20,000 nucleotides of DNA from positions 752,044 to 772,043 of the forward strand of contig NW_014577081.1 of NCBI RefSeq assembly GCF_000485595.1. The letters are read 5' to 3'. Position numbers and translations under genes: made by a program. The notes below the pieces were generated by a model, which saw only the letters and a list, made by a program, of their open reading frames with translations, searched no databases and was not told the origin of the DNA. Below, in pieces: positions 1 to 10,919 of the stretch. This DNA comes from Priapulus caudatus. Taxonomy: Eukaryota. Position 1 is the first letter of the stretch. Every line of letters begins with the position of its first letter.

Positions 1-475
1 TAGAAGCCGTGAGTACGTGTGAGAGCGCGCCCGAAGCAGGCTTCTCTCGTCGTCTCTCGCTCTATACTGCCACTGTTCTTTTCGTTTGGCGCTTTGCCGC
101 GACAAACGAATAAAGATCTCCAACGGGTTGAACACGACCGGAGGATACATCGTGCGCGCGCGGAGAGCTGTGGGAGGACGCGCAGGAGTGATAGCATCTG
201 CTGCTGCGCCGTCAATGGTTCACTTGATGGCACCGCTATGGCTAACCGTCGCCGTGTTGCATGTAATCGACGCGCGCTCGCCATGAGTGCGATCACCGGG
301 AACGGCATGCTGTTAGCGGTCGCCCCCGAGCCTGTTAGCCACATACGGCGGCAGCTGCGGCGGAGCGCGTACGCAGTAAAATGTCTAGAAAGCGTAAATA
401 AATTATGAGCATCGATTTTCGTCCGTCATTTGAGCGCCGCGTGGCTTCCGTTTTGCTTGCGAATAAACAACGCTC

Positions 476-713
476 GTGCACGCACACACACGCCGGCACG
501 CGCACACAAGCTGATGCACACATACCCGTGCACGCACACGTACACGCGTAGGCAGGCACGCACGCACACACGCACACATACGCACGCACGAACACGCGCA
601 CGCATACACGCGCCCGCCCACGCACGCCATCAACGCGCACGTACAGACGCACACAGCGAACACGCGCACGCATCACTCGCCCGCACGCACACGACGTACG
701 CGCGACGCACGCG
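476..713. repeat. Degenerate (CA)n/(GCAC)n compound microsatellite
   Basis: Continuous gcac/cac/cgc mosaic; it accounts for the His/Thr/Ala and Cys/Val/Arg ORFs in the track. Confidence 0.9.
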
Positions 714-936
714 CGGGACGCACTTGCAGCAACGTGCTTCCCGCTGGCCGAATTGATTTCGCGTCACAGGGTCGCTGCCTTTTCGGCTACAAATACCGTA
801 CAAATGTTGTATGCGGTAGTTCAACATACACTACTATAGTTGCACGCGCAGTCAATTCTGCCGAAACTTTACTGAAAACAAACCGGTACCCTGGACGAAA
901 TCGCTACATGCCGACGACGGCGCACCTCCGCGACAA
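714..936 (-). pseudogene. Possible decayed THAP zinc-finger coding remnant
   Basis: Skipping one base (909), the minus strand reads LSRRCAVVG/CSDFVQGTGLFSVKFRQN*LRVQL**CMLNYRIQHLYGICSRKGSDPVTRNQFGQREARCCKCVP. Spacing resembles THAP (MxxxCxVxGCxN...FPxDxxxRxxW...ICSxHF...AVP), but the His ligand is missing and there are 3 stops. Confidence 0.35.
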
Positions 937-1738
937 GGTTCGTCGAACTACGCCTGGTATCCTTCGTTGACTGCGACGCTTTAAATTATACCTTTACAGA
1001 TAAAAATAAAAAAAAACATGTATCAAATTAGGCCTCAGTATTAGTAAAAATATTTCTGAATACCTGCAATAATAAAACCACGCAGTTTGATGCCTGTTAT
1101 AGCATACAGAAATGCGCAATTAACGCAACGTATTCTTCAATGTCGCGACGCTTGCCTTATAATGAGTGCACTGGATCAAAAGGGCGCATCCATTGAGTGG
1201 ACGTAAGTGCATTGTATACAGCGTCTCTATGCCTTCTATGCACAGTGGCCATTAACAAAGTGTAGGAATATGGTCTCGCGAGAAAAACAAGTGCGCCAAA
1301 TATAACGTAACCGCCTTAACAAGAAAGTAAGCATCAATAAATAAAATCTTAATCGCTGTACATTTATATTAGGCCACCGACAAAGTAACGATGTACGAGT
1401 CTTGTAAGACATGTTAGTCTTACTGTATAACACTTGCCTGTTGTAAAAGCAGCACCGAAGTATTGAAATGGCGCGAAGAACTACGAGAACAGTCGCGGAT
1501 AAATTGTTCGTAATCCTTACTCTAAGTGACGACAAAATGTGAGAGAATTTAAAGGGCGAGCGCAGAGGCCGCTCTATAGGCAATCTGCTGCGAGGCGATT
1601 CTTATTTCTGCGTGTAAGCACTCATGAAATGCAACGGCGGCGAGAAAATATCGAACGGATCAATTTAACAGGCGCACGGCGTGGCATTGAAGCGCAAAAA
1701 TATGACCGGCGTTTATGCGATCATAATTACTAAGCCAC

Positions 1739-1824
1739 TATATAATATATATATATATATATTATTATTATATATATATATAATATTTATTTATAGTATG
1801 TATATAATATATATATATATATAA
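1739..1824. repeat. (TA)n/(TAT)n AT-rich microsatellite
   Basis: Near-pure A/T run tatataatatatatatatat...attattatta...atatataat. Confidence 0.9.
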
Positions 1825-1958
1825 TGTGTGCCACTGCGGGTGGGCTTATATGCGAAACGTAATATGTATTAACGCGGCGCCGGCGCCATGTTTTATTGGG
1901 TTTCTAAAATAACGCTGCGGTTCTAGTTTTCTGTCATTTATTGTGTGCGTGAGCGTGA

Positions 1959-2266
1959 CACTGGATCCGCGTGAGCGAATCATGATGATCCCCGGAACAA
2001 ATCACTGGATCCGCGTTGACGGGATACTGTCGCGGATAGCGGACGCGGACGGATCACTGGATCGCTGTGAGCGGGATCACTAATTTCTCGCGAACAAGAC
2101 CACTGGAATCCGCGTGATGCAGCGGAATCACTGGATCGCGTCGAGCGGGATCACTAGATTCTCGCGAACAGACCACTGGATCGCCGTGAGCGAATCACTG
2201 GATCGACGTGAGCGGATCGCTGGATCGCGTGAGCGGGATCGCTGATCGCTGCGCGCGATCGCTAGA
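1959..2266. repeat. Minisatellite of about 21-23 bp units, about 14 copies, two unit types
   Basis: Unit A is approximately CACTGGATCGCGTGAGCGGGAT (e.g. 2055, 2129, 2174, 2196). Unit B is approximately CACTAGATTCTCGCGAACAGAC (2078, 2152, degenerate at 1981). Confidence 0.85.
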
Positions 2267-2685
2267 CCGTTACGCCGTGAACGGTCATCCTTTAATCGCC
2301 CCGACAAGCACTCCCTTTTGGTAGTTCATAGAGAACCCTCGCTGCTTGTTCCCGACTAAACATCTGTTCCGTCGCATACACTTTACGCGTTTAGCTTCGT
2401 CGGGGGTTTACTCCGCCCTTTCGCAATTGGCCAGTAGGATAGGTGACTTAGAGTCCGAAGCGACGATCCGACCCCATCGAGATTTTTAGCAAGTTGACTC
2501 GAGCCTTTTGTAAAACCATGATGTAGATACGCCATTCTCTTCTCCAGATATGGCATATTGAATACACAGAAACAAAGAATTGGCATTCCGTATGTATCTA
2601 CGGCACTCGCGAATCACTCCTAAACTGGTCGCGCCGTACATTGTCTCCACACACGAAGCGTTGTCTCGATCCATTACCATCTTAC

Positions 2686-2765
2686 CCCAGGCGATACGCA
2701 CCACAATCTTTACGGATAGCGACTCCGGTCACGTCTAGAAGAGTATTAGTGCTCGTAGCTAACCG
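2686..2765 (-). CDS. Candidate internal coding exon (80 nt), product unknown
   Basis: Minus strand: acceptor gtactttcAG, open phase-0 frame RLATSTNTLLDVTGVAIRKDCGAYRLG, donor GG|GTAAGA. No recognisable homology. Confidence 0.2.
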
Positions 2766-3010
2766 CTGAAAGTACGCACTGCTTTATCGTCTGCCTGCAG
2801 TAATAGCCAATCCGACCAGAGCAGGTCCGTGCTGCAATACGACACAACAGCTGCGAAGCTTCATCATGCGATGTCCAGCAGTGCAAGCCCAACGCCGGCC
2901 GTTTGGTTGGCTTAGTTTTGGATGTTTGGAACGAGTGCGACTCGTTAGGCGACTAATGATGCAAGGAGGGATAAAGACGATGGAGGCCGCAATATATATA
3001 TAAGTATATT

Positions 3011-3210
3011 GTGTGCGTGTGGGCGTGTTTTCGCGTGTGGTGTGTGTGTGTGGTGTGTGTGTGTGTGTTGAGTGTGTGTGTGTGTGGTGTGTGTGTGTCG
3101 TGACGTGATGTGTGTGTGTGTGTGTGTGTGGGTGCGGCGTGCGTGGGCGTGCGTGTGCGTGGCGTGTGCGTGCGTGGCGTGCGTGCGTTGCGTGTGCGTG
3201 CGTGCGTGCC
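3011..3210. repeat. (GT)n/(GCGT)n compound microsatellite
   Basis: gtgtgt runs grading into gcgt repeats. Confidence 0.9.
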
Positions 3211-3840
3211 GCGTCGCGTGCCCTAGCCCGCGAACCGCCGGGGGGGGTCAGGTGGGAGTGTTCTGCGTATGCGGGTGGTGTTGTGTGTGTGCGCGTGACT
3301 GCTCTTTCTAACATTCTTTGCTAAGTTAATGCGATAAACGCACGAGTTATCGAATGCACGGGTAAAAGCTTTTAATGAAAGAAAACGACAACAACAGGAA
3401 GGTTCTCTCACAGCGACCCACTACAACGGCTCTCTATACCGTAGCGAAGCTGAGCTGAAGCCGATTATGACGTGGACGGGAACGGATGCTGCGTGATTTA
3501 CATCCGGAGGATGAGGATGTATTGAGTTCGCCTGGGAGTTCTCAGCCTGACTATTATCTCTGCTCTACAGTTTGCCCGTACGCAATCGCTTTGACGCACA
3601 CAGCGTTGCCGATCACGAGAATGGAGAACAAGTATTCGTCTATAACTTCACAGCTGAAGCAATTCAACTGTATATCGCTGGTGGGAGGCGGGCGCGATAA
3701 ATAATGCATATAGTGGTAAGGCACGACGCGAAGCAGAGAGACACGCGCCGCGCCTCAGACAGTTCTTTTATCCCCCAATAAGATTGATGAGCGCATCTAT
3801 TAATTACAGAACCGCTGCCGCGTCTGCTGCCGCTCTCAAC

Positions 3841-3900
3841 GAATTCTTCTGAAGAGGGGAATTCTTCTGAAGAGGGGAATTCTTCTGAAGAGGGGAATTC
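3841..3900. repeat. Perfect 18-bp tandem repeat, 3.3 copies
   Basis: GAATTCTTCTGAAGAGGG starts at 3841, 3859 and 3877, with a partial GAATTC at 3895. Confidence 0.95.
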
Positions 3901-3949
3901 GAAAAAAAAACACGCATCCCGGCGCGCGGCGCACAAAGAAAGACGTTAC

Positions 3950-3991
3950 TCGCGCGCCATCTTTGCTGTCGAATTTATCAACCTCCGCCAT
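3950..3991 (-). CDS. Candidate first coding exon MAEVDKFDSKDGAR
   Basis: Minus strand CCAAAATGGCGG gives a strong ATG context overlapping a YY1-type motif; 14 codons follow, then a phase-0 donor-like CGA|GTAACG. Confidence 0.22.
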
Positions 3992-4153
3992 TTTGGTTGT
4001 CCAGCCGAGCGAGGCGTGATTGTGAATAGTCTGGGTGAACACGGCGGTAATAAATAACGCTGATAGTCGCGGGAAAACCGCGTCGCAGCGGCATTTATAG
4101 CAAATCAAAGTTAATGAAACGGGTTATCTACAGAGCGCACCGATTGTCACCCC

Positions 4154-4390
4154 ATTTCATTGCTAAACGGACTAAATATTGCCTTTGACGGACTCACCCA
4201 ACTTTCTACACGATTCAAATATAGATTTCATCCTTAAACGGATCAAATATGAGCTTTGTCCGCCTTCACTAACCTAACGCATAAATAGATATAATAACTT
4301 CTGTAGATATTGCGATTTGCCCAACTGACTACTAAACTTTTCTAGGAAGTTAATTTCATCAGCATCTAAATGCTAAAGTAGTATTGCCAC
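4154..4390. repeat. Highly diverged tandem repeat with a unit of about 70 bp
   Basis: atttcattgctaaacggactaaatattgcctttg (4154) aligns to atttcatccttaaacggatcaaatatgagctttg (4225); a further atttcatc...tattgcc copy lies near 4353. Confidence 0.5.
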
Positions 4391-4494
4391 GTATTTCGAT
4401 TTCAAATTGCGATTGCTCTCAGCGTATAGAGTATTCAGTATGAAAGTATAATAAATCTGTTGACTTAGTTTGATTTCGTGTTACGCGCGACATA

Positions 4495-4542
4495 GCTAGA
4501 AGTATGCTACTACATGCTAGAAGTATGCTACTACATGCTAGA
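4495..4542. repeat. Perfect 21-bp tandem duplication, 2.3 copies
   Basis: GCTAGAAGTATGCTACTACAT at 4495 and 4516, followed by GCTAGA at 4537. Confidence 0.95.
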
Positions 4543-4966
4543 CGCCCAATATCGCTCCCCGATGTTGAGCTTTATGTGAAGTTGGGGTAGATTATATGAA
4601 AATTTAAGGAAGGGAAGAAGAAGCAAAATGAAATGAAGGAGACAGGCGGTAACGAGACGGGGGAATGTAAGGAGAACAATGGAAGGTGGTTGGAGAGAAT
4701 AGAAGGATGCATAAAAAGAGGAAACTGCGCATGGCGCGTATATACAGTAGACATTCCATTACTTAATGATACCGTCACGGTCCAATTGCTAACGGCGATG
4801 ATAAAAAACTGCATCACTAATGAGCGAAAACCTCTCTGAAATTACAATGCATCAGCGATTTCATTCGCTGATAAATCTAAAATAATTCGTCAAAACTTAT
4901 CGGGGAAAAGATAAGAAATCCGCTCGCTGTGCGATAACCCGATAATAGTACTGATAGAATATGAGA

Positions 4967-5160
4967 TTTCTCTCTCCTTCTCCCATTTCCCGTTCTCTCA
5001 CGCTATCTCCTTCGCTCTCGCTCTGTTCCCTCCCTCCCACCCACTCTCTCGCTTTCTGTATCTCACGCTCTTTCTCTTTCCCCTCTCTCTCCCCTCTCTC
5101 TTTTCCCTCTTTATTTCGATTCTCTTTCGCTCACTCTCCCTCTCCATCTCGCTCTCCCTC
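4967..5160. repeat. Degenerate (CT)n polypyrimidine tract
   Basis: Low-complexity C/T-dominated sequence. Confidence 0.85.
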
Positions 5161-5862
5161 GTGCACCGACAGCGCTCTCATAGAGGTATCTATTGGGTGA
5201 TTACATAATTTAATATGGGTCATTAGTGATACATTACGCCGCATCTGTTTGGAGACATCGTCGCTTTTATTGTCGCACCTGTCGGCGTGTCTCGTTAAAT
5301 GCGAAGGAAGCAAGACACTGTATAGCATTGAACGTGTTTAAAATTAACTGTCACATGCCAGCTAAGAATCTCAAATCTAAGATTCTCTGCCACCGGGACT
5401 TTGGCACCAAGCGTAAGAAATATCGAGGAAAGCTATATAGCAGAGCACTCTTATCTAACGGGAAGATATACGAGGCAGTTAAATTATATAGGACTCTTTA
5501 TTCGAGTTTTTGTCGGTGGCAAAAATAACTGACATCGTAGTCGCGCGTGCGGAAATCTCTTAGAGCAACTTCACTAAATGTGAAGCTTGCAGGAACTTGA
5601 CCGTTAAAGATAAGCACGCAACAGCACAACCATCTGCCATTATTAGTTTTTATGCTGTACGTAATAGACTTGCAGGTTCACTAAATAACGGCTTTCAGCG
5701 TATATCGGTTATCTCACGGGAGGTAGGCACGCGGCGGCCATGTTGGCTGTCCGCCATGACACGCTGAAGCAGACGAACGAAAATTCATATTATAATGTTA
5801 TGTCATATATCCATGACCGAATGACTACACCTTATTAGACTACCCAAATTAAAAAGAAAAAT

Positions 5863-6165
5863 TGAGAGAGAAGGGAAAGAGAACAAAAGCGGGAGAATGG
5901 GAGAGGAATAGAGAGAGAGAATGATGGGAGAGATAGAGAGAAGGGGGAGAGAAGAGGAGAGAAAAAGGGAAAAAAGAGAAAGGAGGAGGATGTGAGAGAG
6001 AGAGAGAGAGCGTGAGCGACAGAGAGATATGGGAGAGAGAGGGAGAGAGAGAGAGAGAGAGCGTGAGAGATAGGGGAAGGCAGGGGTAGAGTGAGAGAGA
6101 GAAAAGAGATGAGAGAGAGAGAGTGGGATAGAGAGGAAAAGGAGGGAAGCGGTGGAAGGAGGAAA
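5863..6165. repeat. Degenerate (GA)n polypurine tract
   Basis: Low-complexity G/A-dominated sequence. Confidence 0.9.
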
Positions 6166-7073
6166 AGATCAGTCATGCTGGCCAGAGTCGCCACACACGT
6201 TTACTCAGTGTCTTCACAAAAACACAAAACAACGCAAAATAACATTCAACAACAACAACAACATCACGATTTCACCTTCGCGTTATTTAACCCTTGCATT
6301 TGCACGACGAGTGCATGCGAATGACCACGACCCACGAACCTCGAATGTGTTCACAATCGTCGAGACGGCCGCTACAATAAATGAGTAGACTCATTGATTA
6401 GACGGCTGAAGCAATAGGTCTAAACAGTTACCTAGCGGTGGTCGCGTGTAATCGCTTCATGTTTTCGCCGCTGCTCCGCCAAATCGCCCCATGAGTATAC
6501 TCACGAGCACTATACTCAACTCCCAGTTACGGTCGAGCGAGCGGCCGGAGTCCGTGACATACGCGGAGGAACAACATATTCTGCTTGCATCTATGACAAT
6601 ACGACATACGCATATACGCTCTCCTATGACACTATTTGCCATAGGAAGATTCTTCCACACAAATTTCCTCCGCTCTCCTCTCCTCATTCTCACAGACATC
6701 TCCGATCCGCGGTGGACGGCTTCGCCTGAAACCCCAGCGCCTCTGACGCGAGCTGCAACACTTGTAATGGAATTCTTGATACAAGACATGCAATTACACT
6801 CAGCGAGACGGCGAATTACGCCGCATTACGCAGACGGCTCGCTCTGCATGCGCGCGCTAGCGAGTGGCGGCGGCGCCGGGCCGGCAACGTCGGCTCTGAC
6901 GACGCCGAACTGTTTGTAATCGCCGCGGGGTTGCGTCCGAGCAATGATGAGATTGTTGTCTCACCCGGCGGGCGCCGCGAGCGATTACGCTGATCAGTGA
7001 GTGAGAGCCACGCGCGCAGCAGGAGCATTCCTATACAGGAAATGATGACGCAGGGCGGTCGCCTGACGCGCCG

Positions 7074-7081
7074 TGACGTCA
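7074..7081. promoter_or_regulatory. CRE-type palindrome TGACGTCA with nearby TGACG half-sites
   Basis: Exact TGACGTCA; half-sites at about 7045 and 7064. Function not demonstrated. Confidence 0.3.
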
Positions 7082-7391
7082 TCAAACGACGCGAATGGCG
7101 CGAGCGTAGTCATGTCGGGCTTTGGCGTTGTGGCCTTTGGCTTACTTATTGCGTGCGGGCGCGTGTTTGTGCGTGCATGCGAGCGTGCGCTATCATACAG
7201 GCGTAGCTGCATGCATCTCAAAATAGCAAACGACGTGCCTCTTTCCGTTTCTCTTCCATACGTACTCTCCTCATTCTTCCGGCTTTCTAAATTACTTTCG
7301 TGCCGAAATGGCGCGTGCGGCCGACCAGTCGACTCGCATTTACATGTAAAATGCCCGCCAACGAATTTGGTGGTAGGTCGCCGTTGCTGTA

Positions 7392-7609
7392 AACAAACAC
7401 ACGCACACACACGCGCGCGCACAAGTGAGCTCTCACACAGCGCACACAAACCTACGCACGCACACACACCACACCACACACCACACACCACACCACACAC
7501 CACACCACAAACCACACACCACACCACAAACCACAAACCACAAACCACACACACGCACACACCACACACACATACCACACACCACACACACGCACACACC
7601 ACACACACA
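7392..7609. repeat. (CA)n/(CACCA)n degenerate microsatellite running into a gap
   Basis: cacaccacac mosaic up to the N run. Confidence 0.9.
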
Positions 7610-7610
7610 T

Positions 7611-7835
7611 NNNNNNNNNNNNNNNNNNNNNNNNNNNNNNNNNNNNNNNNNNNNNNNNNNNNNNNNNNNNNNNNNNNNNNNNNNNNNNNNNNNNNNNNNN
7701 NNNNNNNNNNNNNNNNNNNNNNNNNNNNNNNNNNNNNNNNNNNNNNNNNNNNNNNNNNNNNNNNNNNNNNNNNNNNNNNNNNNNNNNNNNNNNNNNNNNN
7801 NNNNNNNNNNNNNNNNNNNNNNNNNNNNNNNNNNN
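7611..7835. other. Assembly gap (225 N)
   Basis: Run of N between (CA)n and (CT)n tracts. Confidence 1.
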
Positions 7836-8350
<515 letters not shown>

Positions 8351-8426
8351 GTTCTCGTGCGTGCATTCGAGCTGTGGTTCTCGGCGCGACGACGGTTTCG
8401 TTCTCTGAGTGCTCGCGCGTCATTAG

Positions 8427-8440
8427 TGATGACGTCATCA
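8427..8440. promoter_or_regulatory. 14-bp perfect palindrome containing a CRE (TGATGACGTCATCA)
   Basis: Exact palindrome; TGACG/CGTCA half-sites at about 8418, 8493 and 8540. Confidence 0.35.
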
Positions 8441-9247
8441 GGCAGCCATCGCGCTCGCGCCCTGTGATTGTGATCGCAGATGTTTGATGGCATGACGCCA
8501 CTATGTAGAACGCGCGCTCGCACTCTGCTGAGGCCGCTTTGACGCCCGCAAGTCATTCGCTAGATTCCTAAAACGTTGACAATTTTACGCCGATAATTCG
8601 AAACTAGGAATTGATGCTTTGAATACTAAAACCGTAAGTACTAAACTAACGTACGATTTCCGGTGCAAACGATAAACTGCCCGCAGAGTCACCTGAATTA
8701 ACAAGAGAATTAACAAATCATAGATTAGCGTGCGCACTTTCTTGCGCTCAGTGATGTTTCTGTATAATCCACCGAATGTTCACGAAAGAAGATCAGAGTG
8801 GGTGCGAAGCTGCTTATATGTGAAACGTTTTTTCCTTTATTTTGCTGTTTTCGCAAGCTGCGGCATCTTCCTTGTTCTTCGTTCCATGCTATTAGTTCGC
8901 CATCGCCGTGTAACGCACGACCGTCGTCAAACGACGGAAAAACTACGTGTTTTTCTCACTTGGTCTACGGAGAATAACTTATTTACGACTAATGGCGGTG
9001 GTCTGAAAAAGGTTCGCTCACGACTATCGCGCTATACTTTGCAGGGCTTGCACCGTTTCTTTCAACGTCACGGTTAATAATTTATAAAAAAAAACCATTG
9101 CGTGCCTTATCCCGAGAGGTAGAAAGAGCTAGACGAGAGGTGAGAGCGCGCTAGGCAGACAGATATAGAGGGAGCGAGAGAAAGATAGAGACCGAGACAG
9201 CGCGCGAGATAAATAGATATATGGCTTGATGGCTGGATAAATGAATT

Positions 9248-9421
9248 GATGGATGGATGAATGGATAGACGGACGGACGAACGGACGGACGGACAGACGG
9301 ACGGATGGATGGATGGGTGGATGGGTGGTTTGTGGTTTTGTATGGGTTGGCCTTAGGTGGATGGATGGATGGATGGATGGATGGATGGATGGATAGATGG
9401 AAGGATGGATGGATGGATGGA
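9248..9421. repeat. (GGAT)n/(GGAC)n microsatellite with unique GT-rich core, copy 1
   Basis: ggat/ggac units around gggtggtttgtggttttgtatgggttggccttagg. Confidence 0.95.
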
Positions 9422-9446
9422 NNNNNNNNNNNNNNNNNNNNNNNNN
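9422..9446. other. Assembly gap (exactly 25 N)
   Basis: Run of 25 N. Confidence 1.
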
Positions 9447-10919
9447 TCATCCCATGCCATCCGATGCCGCATTGCCATTCATCCATCCATCCCATGCCAG
9501 TGAGCCATCCATACCATCCATTCCATGCCCCAATCCACTCTCTCCATACCCATACCATCTACGCCATTGCGATTCCGATTGCCATCTCATGGCCATTCAT
9601 CCGGCGGTATCACATGCCATCCATTCCATTCATCGATCCGTCATACCCATTTCATGCCCATCCACCATCCCATTCATGCATCCATTTCCATCCCATCCAT
9701 CGCATGTCCATCCATCCATGCCATCCATTCATCCCATCCATGCCATTCATCCCCTCCAATCCATCCATCCATCCTCATCAATCCATGACCACGCGCGAGT
9801 GCCGAGACCATCCATCATTGCGATGCCCATCCATCCCATGCCATGCATCATCCATTTCATAGCGCCATGACGCATACCTCTCCATTCAATCATACATCCA
9901 ATTCAGCCATGCCATTCCATCCATCCACTCCATTCCATCCCATCCCATGCCATCCTTCCATCCAATCATTCCATAACTAATTCCATGTCCATCCATCCAT
10001 CCATCCATCCATAACCATCCATCCATCCATGCGACCATGGCCATTCCATCCATGCCATCTCACTTCATACTATGAACATCCTCCATCCATCTGCATTCTG
10101 TCTGCGCCCATCTATCCATCTCCATTCCATCCACTCCGCGCATCCATCCCATGCCATCCATTCTCATCCACCCATTCCATCCATCCATTCATGCCATCCT
10201 ATCATGCCATCCATTCCATTGACCATTCATCGCATTTTCTCTATACCATCCACTCGCACTGACCATTCCATTTGCCATCATCCATCCATTCCATCCATGC
10301 CATGCCATGCCATCTCATGGGCCATACCATCCATCTGCATCCCATCCATCGCATGTACCACGGCTCATCCGCCATCCCATCACCCATTCATCCATTCCAT
10401 CCATCCATCATGCGCGATCCATCTCATACCGATGCCATCCATCCTATGCATCCATCCATCCATACCAAGTCCATCCATTCCATCCATCATTCCCATCACC
10501 ATCCAATCCATCCATTCCATCCATCCAATCATGCCATGCCATACCATCCATCCATCCATCCATCCATCCATCCATCCATCCATCCATGCCATTCCATGCC
10601 ATCATCCATATGGCGCATCCATTCTCTATTTTACTCCATGCCATCCAGTTGCCATCGCCAATTCCAGTCCATCCATGCCATACCATTCAGTGCCATCTCA
10701 CGCGAATAAAAAAAAACCATCATCCATCCATTCATTGCCAGTCAATCCATCCTATGATGCCAATCCCATGCTCATCATCCATTCATGCCATTCCACCATC
10801 CCATCCAATCCATCATCTATCACTATCAATCCCATGCGACATGTATCGGCATACCATCCATGCCCATCCATGCCATTCCGCATGTCCATCCATTGCCATC
10901 ATCCATCTATCATTACCAT
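9447..10919. repeat. Noisy (ATCC)n block of about 1.47 kb, inverted relative to the flanking (GGAT)n
   Basis: ccat/atcc units with dense indel-like interruptions; polarity switches at ...ccatg|atgg near 10920. Confidence 0.9.

Noticed and set aside
905..933. RRCAVVG as a sialyltransferase L-motif
   Set aside because: The following N-S/G-G-x-L and ID...V.R.N residues are absent in all frames; THAP-like spacing fits better
1959..2266. CRISPR-like array
   Set aside because: Units are contiguous and related to one another with no unique spacers, there are no cas genes, and the context is eukaryotic
4851..4945. Short hairpins (ATCAGCGA/TCGCTGAT and TTATCGGG/CCCGATAA) as terminator or element ends
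   Set aside because: 8-bp stems are expected by chance, and there is no U-tract or target duplication
4967..6165. (CT)-rich and (GA)-rich tracts as terminal inverted repeats of a foldback element
   Set aside because: Complementarity is only compositional; no specific alignment of interruptions or flanks is seen
6380..6503. Small palindromes AATGAGT-AG-ACTCATT and TGAGTATACTCA
   Set aside because: Too short and isolated to assign a function
6545..6705. Cys-spaced minus-strand reading DVCENEERRAEEICVEESSYGK*CHRRAYMRMSYCHRCKQNMLFLRVCH, resembling a B-box or piggyBac C-terminal Cys-rich domain
   Set aside because: Several required Cys/His ligands are missing, there is an internal stop, and no upstream transposase or RING sequence is seen
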